From assembly GCA_030141605.1 (NCBI GenBank), contig JAQGDQ010000187.1, forward strand, positions 310,001-374,000: 64,000 bases of DNA, read 5' to 3'. The position numbers and the translations under genes were made by a program. Each line of letters begins with the position of its first letter. Position 1 is the stretch's first letter. This stretch comes from Tubiluchus corallicola. Its lineage: Eukaryota; Animalia; Priapulida. Below, piece by piece: positions 31,601-46,600 of this stretch. Under the pieces are notes generated by a model that was given only the letters and a program-made list of their open reading frames with translations, made no database searches and was not told where the DNA came from.

Positions 31601-34600
31601 AAGTTATTAATCAGCTTTAAGCTATCTGAATTTATTTCAAGTGGGATATTTGTATTACACATTCAACCAATTACTACTAATTAATCATTAGTTAATGAAA
31701 ACGTGGTCTAAAGGCTAAAGAAAACTTTAAATATAATAGCTGCCTTGGTCTTTGTTTAATGTAATAAACATTTTTTAATATAAGCATCTTTATTTCAAAC
31801 TTCTACAGGTAATTTTATATTAACTACTCGTTTGCTATAATATTGCCCATACAATTAAATGGTGCAGAGTAAGGGTAAGGTTTTTTTATTCTATATAATA
31901 ATAGTTCATACTCTTATAACGAAATGCGATTAAGGTGAAATCATTTTATTACTTATCTGTGATTTCTTATGTCTGTGATATTTTAATATCTCTTATAATG
32001 AAAGTGATTAAGCTGAATTCATTTTTCTATTATATACAGTAGGTGCCGCTTAATAGACTTGCTTAATTGACTCTAAAACACCTGGTATGTGCCGCTTCTG
32101 TTCAAATGTATGTAAAAACTGTCGGTAATTGAGTCAAATAACTCCGCATAATTGACTCAATATTTTTCCTTCACATACCAGAAATAAGACACAGATCCCA
32201 AAGAGCCTTTCCTACTTTTATGTCATCTTTACTTCACTTGTGCATTATAATATATGCAGAAAGAATCATGTTAAGTACAATTTTGTTTGTAACCAGTATC
32301 ATGCACTAATACGCTAGCATAGCTGTTTTGCTTTGAATCTGTTACCCGCTCGTCCACTGCAATCAACCTCGTTACCGAAGAATTTCTGAAGGCTAAACAT
32401 TTAATCACTTGTCTAGCAGTTTTCTTTTGAAGTTCTTGTTGCAGATCACGCTTTCACGCTTAATCAGTTAACAGTCAAAGATGCAGGTACAGTAATCAGC
32501 CAGTATTCGATGTGACTTACAAGAGTAAACATCATTGCTTGTGATTAGTAAAAACCAAGAATCCTGGGTGTTTTAAAGGTGTTGCAATATCAGTAGATTG
32601 CCATGTAAACTCGAATGCTTGGATGACAGCTGTATTGTTTAATGAATGGCTAGTGAAATGCGAGCTTAAAGTGAAACATTTTCCTGGTAGACAACTGCAC
32701 TGCCCATGTAGTTAGTGTGCCATTGAAACACATTAAAGTTGCGTTTTTGCCTGCAAACACCACATCGCTTATTCAACCCTGTGATCAAGGCATTATTCGA
32801 ACACTGAAGGCATACTATAGAAGAGAAATGCAGGCAAGAGCGTTAGAAGCAATGGATTCAGACGATGCCACAGAGAATACGTGCATCACGCAGCAACAGA
32901 TTTTTAACGTTTTTGCAATTATAAGAACTGTGTGAGCCAACTTCTTTGCAAGAAAATGAAACAACCGACTTTGAAGGAATTTTTGTAATTTTTGCAAATA
33001 AACAGACTTGTCTGATTTAGAAAAATATACTTTTTAATTTATTACTAATTCACTTATATAAATTAATATTTTAAAATCTTTTTTTTTAAATTTTAACATA
33101 ACAGATGAATTTAGGCATTACTTCATTTCTAAAATTCATTAAAAACATTTGCAATGCATACTAAGCTGATGACTCTATACTTCTATCCCAGTAATACTAC
33201 ACCCATCGGTTAATAGGTTCAGTCCGTTAATTGTGACAAAACACTTTGGTCCCAAACGGTCTATTAAGCGGCGCCTACTGTATCTGTGATTTTTTATGTC
33301 TGTAATACATTTGATGTTGGTATAATTATTTTATAAGTTTTTTTTATTTATATAGAAAGGTATGAATGCAGCAGATCAGCAAGAACCTAAAGTTGATTTC
33401 TACGGTGAGAGATTTGGTTTGCGGCTGCTTGTAAAATGTGAAAACTTTGCATTCAAGCTGTTGGCCAATCTACCACAGGGTGACAGGCACACTAATTGTC
33501 AGGTAGGCATTTAGAGGTTTTTTCACATTGTCAGTCACAGTGAACATAGCTATCAAACTGATCTCTAAGTTCTAACTGACACATTATCATCATTAAATGA
33601 ATGTTATTCTGTACTCACTGGAAATGTCAAAAATGCAGTCGAAAAACAAGTACCTTGTGCAAATCACAAAATAGTATCCCTGACTGGCAGGTTCATGTTG
33701 TTGTTACTTTCAATATTAAGAAAGAAAAGAGATGAGAAAACTTGAAAAAAAAAGAGTTATTTTAGAGAGTTTATAATGCTTTATTTTCACAAACAGAATA
33801 AAACAAGTTTTTTCCACGCACTTGGTAAACAGAAAGTCTAATGATACTAAATTAGCTTGAAACTAGTATTTGATGACTAATATTTCTTGACAGCTTTTAA
33901 CTCATGTGTTTTCTACTACATTTATAGTTATTATATTACATATGTAATGATGATTAAAATCTAAAATGTAAGGAAAAGAAAGTTGGAAGAAATAAGATTT
34001 CAATCAGAAGATTTGTAAAAAAAAATGACAAAAAATAGCCTACATTTTAATGAGAAAGATCGTTTTTACAGTTGTCAAAATTATCTTATTGCCAATTTTA
34101 TTTTAGGTTGAGCCTTACTTCACAACACTAGCTCTATATGATTTAAAGAGTGAGTGTAAAATATCTGAGGATTTTCATTTTGACATCAATGACCCACGTG
34201 TACGTGACATGATACCAAAAGATGTCTTAATGGCTCCGGAAATGCTAAATGCTGTTGATGAAACGGATAGGTTCAAACCTTCTCTGGGAACACTTAATGA
34301 AGACTGGCTACAGTTCAGAAATCAGGTATCTGAAGTCTGGATTTCAGAAACAATACTAATGTTTCTGCTATATTCCTTACCAGTTATTTGTAGCTTTTAT
34401 TTAATATGACTGGAAAATGTAATTTTTTTTATTCATTATCTCATTGACTGTGTGCATAGTTTTCTAATGTTAGTTTTGTGAGTGGAGCTTTTAATAGCAT
34501 AAATAGAGTTTACAATGTACGTTACAATGAAAACATTCACCTATTATGTGATTGTTCTGCTTTGAGTAATTGTAGCATTCATAATAAGCTGTGGTACTTT

Positions 34601-37600
34601 ACTGCTGTACATACTTGACACTGATTGTACAGTGTGTGCGTGCGTGGTGTGTGCGTGCGTTGGTGTATGTGCATGTGCATGCGTGTGATTGCATGCAAAA
34701 GTTTGAAAAAAATTGAGGTCATTTAAAGTAAGTCGTGTACAGACATTGTGTATTTCAGGCAATTTTCTCGGTTATGCGACCAAATAAGGACATCTATCTT
34801 GTGATTAGAATTGAGAAAGTACTTCATGGGAACTTGTCACAATGTGTAGAGCCGTATATCAGCAAAAACTGTGACACCCGACTTGGTCTAAAAGTTCACA
34901 AACAAATGCAGGGTGTTTGTCAACGTCTTGGCCATTATAGAATGCCTTTTGCATGGACTGCTCGGTAATCATGGAAACTTGTATAATATGTATCACTTGA
35001 ATGTTTCTTGTCTGTTTATTTGCATGCCAATCAAAATGAAAAGCCGAAAAATATTTTTATAGTGAAATGCACTTTCATTTATTGAATTTATGAAAACAAA
35101 TGTGGCTGAAAGGCTGGGTGGAAAAGTTGGTACTGAGTTTAATTTGCCTTGGGGTTTTTTAGATTACAAGCTTGATGTATGACTTGTTTCAAATTTGGTT
35201 TCCTCCTTGATTTAATAGTTGCTGGTTTTATTCCAGCATTTTGGTATTTTTTTTAAAGCAGAAGTTCAAACGGTATTGTTAAGAGAGTATTTATATCTTA
35301 ACATAGCTGAAGCACCTCAGACAGTTTAGTGCCTCATTTTAGAAAATTAGCTTTAATAATAAGTGAGATTCTGGTCTTGTCACAACCTTCTACATTGTCT
35401 TTGGTTCTAGCTTGCAAACTAAGTGCCAGACCATATTTTAAAAAACATTAGAGTTTGTTTCAATTCGTTGTTTATGTCTTAATTTAGCTTACGTTTTTAT
35501 ATTCGGTATTCCTTTAGTCCGGTCTTTAAACCATTTTCTGGTGAAGTGGACACCCATGCAGAATTCACCAGTATATTCAGGCAAGACACCTTGTGCCTTA
35601 CAGATACAGAGCTGATAAAGTACTTGGGTTACTTGAGTCAAAAGAGGTATGTAAAACCACATATATATATGTATTTATGTCTTACTCAGTAGGCTGCAGC
35701 TGACTTAGTTATCAACAGTAATGTTTAACAAATTGGATAATGTGGTAATATATAAAAAAATACATGAAGTAAAGAGTAACAGTTAAGTATTTAAAACTTT
35801 TACGCCGAAAAAATTAACGGTAAAAATATATGTGTGTATGTGTAAGTATAAAGCAGCAAATTAAATGCAGTACCATTTAGTGTGAACCTGTGTAGCAGAT
35901 ATCCTTTGAACAGCATCCTTTTCAGCTATATATAAATTTAATAACCATATTGTTGAGTGAACTGCAATAAAATCAAAATAATATAAATTTAGTTATGATA
36001 TCTAAAATATCTAAGTGCTTGCATACCACCTTGGTATCAGATTTAAATTGAATATTGAATTATTGCAGCTATGGAAATATTCATAAGCTAGTTGTTTATT
36101 TTCGTGAAAACATTCTTGAATCTGATATGTATTTGCAAATTAGTTGCATGTAGTGTTAATACTTATATATAGCATTTTTATTAACACAGTTTCCAATTCC
36201 TTACAGGGCAGATAAGCTGTCAAAGCTGATACCCATTCCAGGCGCAGTTAAGCTAAATATGGAGGAGTTAAGGCAAAATATTCCAAGTGCGTGTTTTGTA
36301 TAAATTTTTAAATCTTCGACATTCTGTGTAAAAGTCAAGTTCTGTCAATATGTAATGCAATTGCTTTTGCTTACTAGCAAACTATTTGTGCTGTTTAATC
36401 ACCAGAGTAGACTGAATATAGCTTCGCATAACTAATGTAGAAATGGTTACACATGTATGGAACAGTAATGGTGTTTCACCACTACTGTTTTAAAGAAATT
36501 TTATGGAGCACTAGTAACAAATTTATTTGCATTTTTATCATCTGTTGTTAATTTTTCATTTTGTGTATTCATGTTAAGAAGTATGACGAGTAGTGTTGGG
36601 ATAGTTCCTTTTAGGGATTCACCAAAATTCAGAATTTTCTCTTCGTCTTTTACTAGGTAGAGAAAATTCGGTAAAGTTTTGTTTGATTTTTTCTAAGAAA
36701 TTCTGTTTTTATTGAGTATAGTAAAGCTTCGGTTTCGATTCCTTTTGTTTAAATGAATTTGGTTGTAACCAGTAAAAAAAACTACCTTTTACAATTTAAT
36801 ATTTTTGTCCGAAAGACACGGCCAAGCAAATTCAACTGATAATTTTTCAAATTTTTTTAAATGTTGAGTATCATGATGTACAATCCTGAAAGTGTAATGG
36901 GTAGAATGGGTAGAGTATGACGCTTATACCTCTTGCAGTTACACGTTTTGATTTGATTCTAGACAAATGTAATGGCAAAAGTAAATGTTGTTTCTGTTAT
37001 CAGTTACAACAAAAAAAAGAACTATAGTTATAGTTGCATGTTAATTTCTAGATATTGTAACTCGTTACCATTACATCTCCCCAGTTTTGAAACTAGTTAT
37101 ATTTGTAGCACATTACTTCCATCATAGACAATAAATAAGTGTGTGGCCTAGCTGAGTGGTCTTTGTACGTACTTAGCAACAACGAGTCAGATCAGTAATT
37201 AGATAGATAGTTGGTATTAGGGATTATTTACCTCATTGGGGGAAGAATATCAGCACATTCAAACACACACACTTCTGGCACACTTGGAGGATTATTTTTG
37301 ATAATGAGCCACGTTCTGTTACTACCATTTTTTTCTTTTGTAGACCCTGCCATTAAATATTGAATTCCCAATTCGCATATTAAATTAGTTCGAACTATAT
37401 AAAGCAACTGTAAATCGCTATCTACTATTGCATTTGTGTTTCAGATTGTTTATCTCCATCCATGGTACCAGTGAAGCCATTTCCAGAACCTCCAACAAAC
37501 CCGATCAGTTATGAAATGGAAGAGTTTTTACCGGAATCAGCTGACTCTAGCTTCCCTCACACTACATACGCAAATAATTTATACATTTGCCCTCTGCAAC

Positions 37601-40600
37601 TTAAATTTGATACGCAAAAGGCTTTTACAAAAGTATTGCTTTTTTGTTCCACATTATCAAAGCTGCATAATTAGCTAAGGTATTGGTGTGTAGAAGGAGT
37701 ATTCAAGAGTATCCAATTCAAGAATGTCGGCTTTTTTTTCTACTTCACGTTCTCTAAGTTACACTTTTGCAGTTGTAGCTTTCAAGCCATTATTTTTTCA
37801 CATGTGTTGTGATGTAAAGTGAATGATATGGTGTAATGAGCCACTATTCATAATTTTACGTATTTCGTATTTTTTAGGACTAATCTGTGTGGATAATCCT
37901 TTGCTATATGTACTGTAATTTTCAGTGATGTTAATGATTATGATACCCATAGAATGTGCAAGTTAATTTTGTAGTTCAAATTTCACAACGGAACTTGAAG
38001 TTAGCATTACAATGATGATAGGTTTTAGACTGAAACATGTCTATATTTCTTGACGAATGAATTTCAGAATGCTAATAACATTTTATTAGCTTTCTTTTTG
38101 ACTCTAACTATGAAGATTTTTCTGCCAGTTAACTCAATTTTACCGCCTGAAATGTTTTTTGCCCATCGCTTCAACCTTTTTTGAACTACAATATACACTT
38201 ACATGTACACTGTTTTGTAGGCACGCAATATTGCTTGTGTGATTCAATTTAGAGACTCTGACACAGCGGGAGCTGTTCCTCTGAAAAGAATTTATGGTCG
38301 ACCAGGTATGCCAGCATTCGTCACTACAGCAACCACAGCCGTGCAGCATCATAATACTACTCCTGAATTTTACGAAGAGGTATGTTGTGTATTCTAGTTA
38401 AAAAGTACGCTTTGCTAGTAAGTTTGAATGGTATATGTAGCAAGATGTGAAGGTATGGTACTTATAATATGTACCATCGTTTGGTTAAATTGCTTTTAGT
38501 GCTGATGTAGTTCATGCAGCAACTTGGCTAATCTAATTTTTGGTTTTTCTATATTAAAATGTTAGAATTATGACCTAGCTGACAAAAGCGACAATGATGA
38601 ACAATATTATAGGAATAGATTTTAAGTCATAAATGAATGGCTAGTAAAAGCACCTTACACATACAGTGTGAACTAAGAACTGTTGGATAGGTAATTTTGA
38701 TTTGTTTAAAATGGAAGTGACTAATCTAAAATTAGCTGACATTCATGCTCTAATGAAATAATAGTTGGCTAACTTGCCTGGTTAGGTCATTTATTGGTAA
38801 TACAATAAAAACTGACATAAAATATTGCCTTAGAAATAAAGTGTCCTTTGTGCAGAATTCCTTATAACCAAGTTCTACACAGCTGAAACGTAAAGCAGGA
38901 CATTTTTGACAGCCTAATATGAATGTAAGCTAATACTTACATACTGAACATCTTGATAAAAACCAAAGCTGTTAGACTTATAGACTAAGGTTCGTGTGTT
39001 TCTTCAAACTTTTCACAGACCATCTTCTAGAGACTGAGTTTGTCACGAAACTATTGTGTTTTTATGTCAAGCTTTATCAGCAAATATTTTATTTTTCCTA
39101 CATCTATATTATTCTGTGTTTATATTTCAGGTGAAAGTAGCTTTACCCTTGCAATTGCACTGTTATCACCACATATTGCTCACATTTTATCATGTGAGTT
39201 GTGAACCGCCCAAAGCTACAATGAAGAAGAAGGACACGGTGGAAACTGTTGTGGGTTATGCATGGCTGCCCATTCTACGAAATGGAGTGTAAACTTTTTT
39301 TATTGGCTCAGCTGTGTTCTGAGATTTGTTACTGTAGTACAATAAGTTTCACTGTGTCGTATGATTAGCATTCAGTGGCATTTCTCATTTTCCGAATATG
39401 GTTTTTACACTTAAGTCATTGTTTTGCAATATTTTTGAAAATAAGTGGTTTGAGTCATTGCTACTTCTGTAAACAACACGTTTAGTAGAAGAGCAATCCT
39501 TCAAAAATTTTTTTATGTAATGCTAATTATCTTGTTAATTTAATGTAATTCCTCTTGAGTATTTTTGACCTGATATGGAGTTCAGTAATCAGTCCTTATT
39601 TCCAAAAGTGTTATACACTTTGAATACCCATTAATCCCACTGAACTGAATAATTGAAAAAATAGATTATATGAAAATGAAAATATAGTTTACATACTTTA
39701 CTAATAATTGATTTAATATTACAGCGTTTCTGTGGACCAACACAATGTGAGCATTGCACAAGAGTTACCTTCAGGATATCTAAACTCGGATGCACAGGGA
39801 TTCGGAAAAGGAGTAAGAACTATATAGTTGGAAGCAGCTGTCCTTAATAACTATGTTTATTTCATTTATTTTACTTAGTTGAAACGTGCTTTATTGCCTC
39901 AAATTGTTTGTTTTAATTATACGATAAAGCGAGAGTCATTTAAAGTCACTGTTGTCAACAGCGCTTAAGTTTTATAATTTTATAACTCAGCGCAACAATG
40001 GTCAATTTTCTAGGGATTTTAGATCACATGACCTACTATTCCAGACAGGCATAAGGGATGTTTAGTCTAATAAAGAGCCAGGTGTTTACACAATTTCTTT
40101 CTTTTTGTCTATCTTTGATTTAAACTAGGGAACCTTAAATATACTGTGAGACAATTCCTTTTGAGAGCAGCTTATCATTTTAGTACCATTGTCACTACCA
40201 TCATGTGTGCAGCACTAAGAAATTTTTTCCTTGTGTTCTCCAAATTACTATGCAAAAATTTCATTGTTGGCATTTTGTTTCAGTATTCAGGTCCAATCAT
40301 AAAATGGGTTGAAAATGGCAGACCTTTGCTAATGGTTAATTTAAGACTAGCTTCAACAGTTTACACCAAGGTAAGTGGCATTTTGTGTTTATTTATTTCA
40401 TTTTTTTTGCCATACGTAAAATTAATGCAACTGCGTAATACATTAAGACCGTACCTGATTTTGCGGAAATTTACTGAACAGATCGGTTTTTACAAAGATT
40501 TCATCCATGCCTACTACCAACCGGTTTTAAAACCAATTATTATGTTCATTTTAATAAGTGCAAACTACCTATTTGACTTTCTTCAGTTTATTGGCAAAAA

Positions 40601-43600
40601 AAATTATTTAGTTTGTGTCTCACTGCAATGTGACTAACACCATTATCACTTTGAAAAAATAAATTTTTTGTCATACAATTAAGAACGAGTCCGCGAGAGC
40701 ACCATGCAGGGGGTGGCACATGAGGGGTGACGAATTTATATCATTTTTTTCTAACATGAAGGGCGACCCCCCAAAACCATGTAACCAAGATATCAAATCG
40801 ATCGAGCTACTATTGGCAGAGAAATGACCACATCAAGAAATTAACCTCAAAAGAGGCAAAAAATCGCTATTTTGGGGGGTTATTTTAACTTTTTCTCCTG
40901 TATAAACTATTATAGGTGGGTCGATGTAAGTTGGCTGGTACATAGACCCAGACATTGTCTTCTGATATCCTAACTTTTTCTGACATACTATTAATAGTAT
41001 CAGAGAACGGGATTTTTTAAATTCGGCTCTTTGTTAAGAGTCCAGGGAGAGGTTAAGTTGTAAGGCCCATAACTCGCCCACTGCGGGGCTACACAACTTC
41101 TGGTTTTCATGTATGTGTTAACCATCATCCTAACTAATAATATAAAAAAGAAAATTCGCTGGAGCCTGCTTCAGTATTTAGTACTGGCACTTTAAAATTT
41201 CACAAAAATCTGCAAAATTCGCCTTTTTGTAGTTTTTCAATATTTTTTCTACCTATATGCTGGATTATAAGTGACAAATCTGTATTCTAAATTTCATGAA
41301 AACGCACGAGCTGAGATAATATATGAATGACATTATATAGAGGGGGCACTGTTAGAAAAAACTGCCATATCAACACACTTTTTTACTTTCCATAGTAATT
41401 CCGTCCATGTGTAAAAAGTAGACATACTTGGCTCAGGTCATATATGACAGTAGACATTTAGCCACATTTAACCTGCATTTTCTGTGACTAGTGCTCTCAT
41501 TTCCTAGTAGCAATAGATTACTTTGCCATGGAAATTGCTAGAAATTTGCGAATTTCATCTTAAATTGGTTTAGTTATGTCGGAATTTTCATATGACTACA
41601 AATATGAATAATTGCCTCTTCTGATGGATTTCAGGACAGGACATCATGCATGCCCCTAGTACCGAGTCCGACCCAGATTCAGGGCATTCTCTACACACTG
41701 AATCGCTAATGGATACCAGGAAAGACTAAACAATAAGCCCTCTAATAGAAAAGAAGTACCGATTGTTAAGATTGAGAGTCATTGCTAGCGAAAAAATCTG
41801 ACAACATTCGGTATATACATATAAAATAGAAATCCATTAATTTTTTATACTTTTTATATGAATAAGCTTCATGGCTATACATAGAAGATTATGAATATCA
41901 GCACAAAAATGAAAAACTACAAAACTCAGTCAGAATTAATTTCTCTAAGTTCAAAATACTGTTCCTATTGTAGCAGCATAATCCTATCAGTGAAGAGTAG
42001 TACACGTAATCAAAACCATAATATCTAAATAATAGAGAAAGAATTGTCGATGCAGGTAGATTAGCACTAGAAGATAGATACAGAAATATAGACAAATATA
42101 TCATGGGGAAAGTGATAAAGCGAAAATCTTACAGTCTAAACATGAGACAATATAAGCGTATGGGCCACTTCTAGGGGGATGGCGGTGATATTTAGCTCAG
42201 AAAATTGTTCTTCGCCCAAAATTTATTTGTGGCACTAAATCAATACTTCTGACAAAAAAATACAAATAGTGTGATTGAATGATTGTGCCAATGGCACAAA
42301 AATTTTCGATGTTTTACAGTCAAAAAATCACCGGACAAATGATATTTTGGGGGAAGTCTGTCCCATATTTTTTGGGCATTCGCTCAGATTTAAGGCAATT
42401 TTCTTTGTGTCCTGGCTTGTACGCCTATGTAAGACAATGAATAATATCTAGGTAATAACCTGTACATAACATTTACAAAGCATGGAAAATAAACAGTACA
42501 TAAAACATTTTCCAGTCCTTGCAAGAAGCAATTTCCATTCCGTAGATATTTCATTTGTTTGAAGATGGAAGCGCTCTAAATGTGGTCTAGTGTCTTTAGT
42601 GCAGGCTAATAGATTCACAATATTCGTTTCGTGCAGATAACTAGTCACAATACCGCATTTAACGCTGGTAAACAGCCCAGAAAACGAACATTTCAGTTCA
42701 GCAGTGGCCGCCATCTTGAATGCTAGTGTCCAGTCCTGTCGGCAGTTTAACCAATGTGCTGTTCAGGCTCCTAGTTGCCGAAGATGAATATTTATGACAT
42801 TTTGAAGTATTTTGACAAGATTTGACAACTCACGTTTACCTACACGAAGCTTTTTGTTGAACGTTGTTACCCATATTTTCACCCTGATATATGCCTCTTT
42901 CAGGGGTCATTTACAATAGGATGGAAATTCGCTCCATCGAAATTGTCACTGCAGCCTAGTGGGATGGGATGCTCTATTCACATACATATCGATATTTTTG
43001 TTCCCGCCCCCGCAGTGGGTGAGATATAAGACTTTAAAATGACTGAGTATTTGCATCTTGTGCGTAATGCGAGCTTAAAGACCCCCAGTAGAGCCGAAAG
43101 AGGGGGGTTTGGGACAAAAGTAAAAAAGTCATTTTGGAGAAGATAACAAGAACCAATACTGTGCAGAGTCAGATCTATTCAAACCCAGTGGTTGCTGCAT
43201 GGCTAATCCTTCAAATATAGGCAAAAAATAGAGAAAAATAGGTACTTTTTTCATGAAAATCGGCCTATGCTGTACCTCTGCTACCACGAGGAGTTGGACC
43301 AAACGGATTCACATAGTGAATGCTAGTGACTAGTGGACCTCATACCCGAACTTTGGTCCGAATCGGTTAGCTAGCCTTGTGCCGGAATTTTTCGATTTTG
43401 CATGGTCTTCTCGCGGACGCGTTCTTAATCATGAACATTTTGATATTTAATTTCTAATGACGAGTAAAATTGTTAAGTATATGTAGCAATTATATGACAA
43501 GTATTTTGAGTCATTTGCATGTTTATGTCTGGTTTGCACCTACTTCTAAACAAAGGCAGCATGTACGTTGCTGTTGGATGATCTGTCGAGTATCATTGTT

Positions 43601-46600
43601 ATATGTGTTTGAGCTTCTCAGCGATTTTGTTTTTTCAGGATCCTCATTTGCAAAGATTTTTTGCACACTGTGAAAAACTGGAAATGTCTGAGCCCAATGA
43701 CAGTACAGAAACTAGTAATCTTCTCAAGGTACTATAATTTTTTAGCTCAATATATATCTAAAATATTAATCATAAACGTTTTTTCATACTGATAATTTTT
43801 AAAGGAAAACCAACCCTTGAACAGCATTCATTGTATTTAATATACACTTAAAAATGTTGAAATTACTACGTAATATATGCGCATAAATTGCTTTGCTTAA
43901 AACTGCAAAGGAAATAGGTGTCACTTAATAGACTCACTGTTAATAGACTCAATCACTTAATTGACTGAAAAACACCTGAAACGGGACGCTTCTGTTCAAA
44001 CATACATAAAGCTATCAGTAATTGACTCAAATAACTCCTCACAATTGACTCAATATTTGTCCTTCAACTACTTAAAATAAGACGTTTGTATGTGCCCAAA
44101 GAACCTTTCCTACTTTTGTGTCATCTTTACTGCCCTTTTTTGCAGTATGTATGCAGAAACAATCATGTTAAGTACCGTTTTGTTTGTAAGCAGGTACCCA
44201 AAGAATTTCTGGAACTTAAACATTTAATCACTCGCCAAGCGGTTTCCTTTTGATGCTCTCCTTGCAAATCACGCTCTCAGGCTTAATCAATTAACAGTCG
44301 TAGATACAGGTACAGTAATCAGCCGGTATTCCTTGTGACTTACAAGAGTAAACATTGTACAGCAAATAAGAGCAATGTAAGTGAGCAGACGATTCAGAAC
44401 TGTTTTCGTCATGCACAACAACAGATTTTCAACGTTTTTGTAATTATGAGAACTGTGGGCCAACTTCTTCGCGAGAAAATGAAGTAGCCGACTTTGAAGG
44501 AATTTTTGTAATTTTTGCAAATAAACAGAACTTAGAAAAGTCAGTGATTTAGAAAAGTATATTTTTAATTTGTAATTAATTCACTTATATAAATTAATAT
44601 TTTAAAATATTTTTCTAATTTTTAACTGCACAAAGGAATTTAGGGATTAGTTCATTTCTAAAATTCATTAAGAACCTTTGCAATGCATAGTAAGCTGATG
44701 ACTCATGCTGCTATACCTGTAATACTACACCCACCGGTTAATAGGTTCATTCGGTTAATTGGGTCAAAACACATCGGTCCCAAAGTGAGTCTATTAAGTG
44801 GCACCTACTGTATTTGAAAAAAATGACATAAGGCTGGTGGTTAACACGAGGGCATGCATAGCAAAACTTCTGCAGTTCACTCAAAAGTTTCATTATCCTA
44901 GCTGACTAAATATTTGTGTTTAAATGTGTTTTTGTAAAAATTAGTCATTGGAGCAATTAGCAATAACTTATAAAGTGCTTACATAGCTTTAATGCATAGG
45001 ATTTTACCTCTTAATGTGCAAGTGCCATACATAAATTACCAGTTTAAGTGCAGATAAGCATTCTGCGAGTATGTAGTAATTGCCGGGCAGGTTACTAAGC
45101 TTAGAGTTAAGTTTTTGTAGTTTGTTAAAATGATTATTCTGCTACTTTGTCGGGGTTAACTAACCGAGCTTGAGGTTATTAATATTATTACAAAGTGGGC
45201 ACGAGATTATCAAAAAAAAAGTGAAGGAGTTTGCAATTCCCCACACAATTTAAATACCCTAACCCTAACCCAACCCCAACCCTAACTATAACACAAACCC
45301 TAACCTTAAGCCTAATCCGCTTCACAAACTAATTTCTTGTGTGTGGGGAATTGTAAAATTTAGCCAAAAATATTATTAATAATCTTTTGTTTAAGGTTTT
45401 CCGTTCTTTGTAGTTGATAATAGTAACCAAATAATGGTAATTCGTTGTCATCATTTTTCATTCAAAGTGAGCATGCCCACCACATGAAATGATCGTGAGT
45501 TTAGATAGATTTTACTAATTACATGATGCACTTATCACAATTTTATTGCTAAAATTTTCATTTTTTTCAAATATTAAAATAAGCTCAACTTCCGAAGACC
45601 TTGGCTTTTCCTTTAAACATTGTCTTCTTTTCTTGTAGAGTCTAAGCACAGCTGTGCTCTGAAACATGTTGTTTCAAGAATTTATAAGAGAAATGATTTT
45701 TAAATTTGCTCTTTTTTGGTTTATCTGTAAAATCATATTTAGCACAGAATTAATGTATGACTCATTTTTATGTAGTATCTCAGTTAATATGTATTAAACG
45801 TTTATTTTAATAACTGTAAGGGATAGTAATTAGCCATACATGTCAGAGGTGGTTTCAGTACTAACTTTCGTAAGTATTTTCTACAGCTTTCCCTATTTCT
45901 TCGTATTTGCCTGTCCTATTCATTATTTCGAAGGTGTTAGTGGTTCAAAGTACTTATGTCAAGCTATTAGTAGTTGAATTTTACTAACCACTAGTTTTGT
46001 AAAGTGTATAGAGTTCATTTATCTCAGTTAAACGGTAAGTGTTTTAACAAATTAACTCTTCATAATACAGCGAAATAATTGATTCAGATTTGTACTTTTC
46101 ACAAAGAATTTGTCATTAATTTTGTCATTGTCATTTGTCACTGTAGTATTTTATTAATGCAAATCCTAAACATTGATGATTTTTTATTACTGAGCTAAAA
46201 CTTTTTCGTTTCTGTGCTATCAGCAGTTTTACAAATCTGCTTCCTTATCTGCATCAATTATTACTTGTACTATGTAAACACAAGGTAGCCATGTTTATGC
46301 ACTACATTATGTTGAACATATAAAGGTTATTCTTTCAAACTAACATTTGGTGTCTTCTTATGGCAGAATAGTTAACAGTTCTTATTTTCTTTTTCATGTT
46401 TGCTGTGCTAAATAAATTCATAGAATAGCATTGATAGATAAATGCTGACTGCTAGTAATGGACAAAATGACTTCAGCATATTTAAGGCAGTTTCGTAATA
46501 ACAGTATTTGACTTCTGCATTTGTGATTAAAAATGAGCTTTAAAACTTTCTTTGAATTGACTCAGTAAGACCTGTTCACAATAATAAGACATGCAAAGAC

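Noticed and set aside
46224-46284. Possible extra DOCK exon (cag|...aag|gtagcc)
   Set aside because: It has an in-frame TAA, a length not divisible by 3 and a weak donor.
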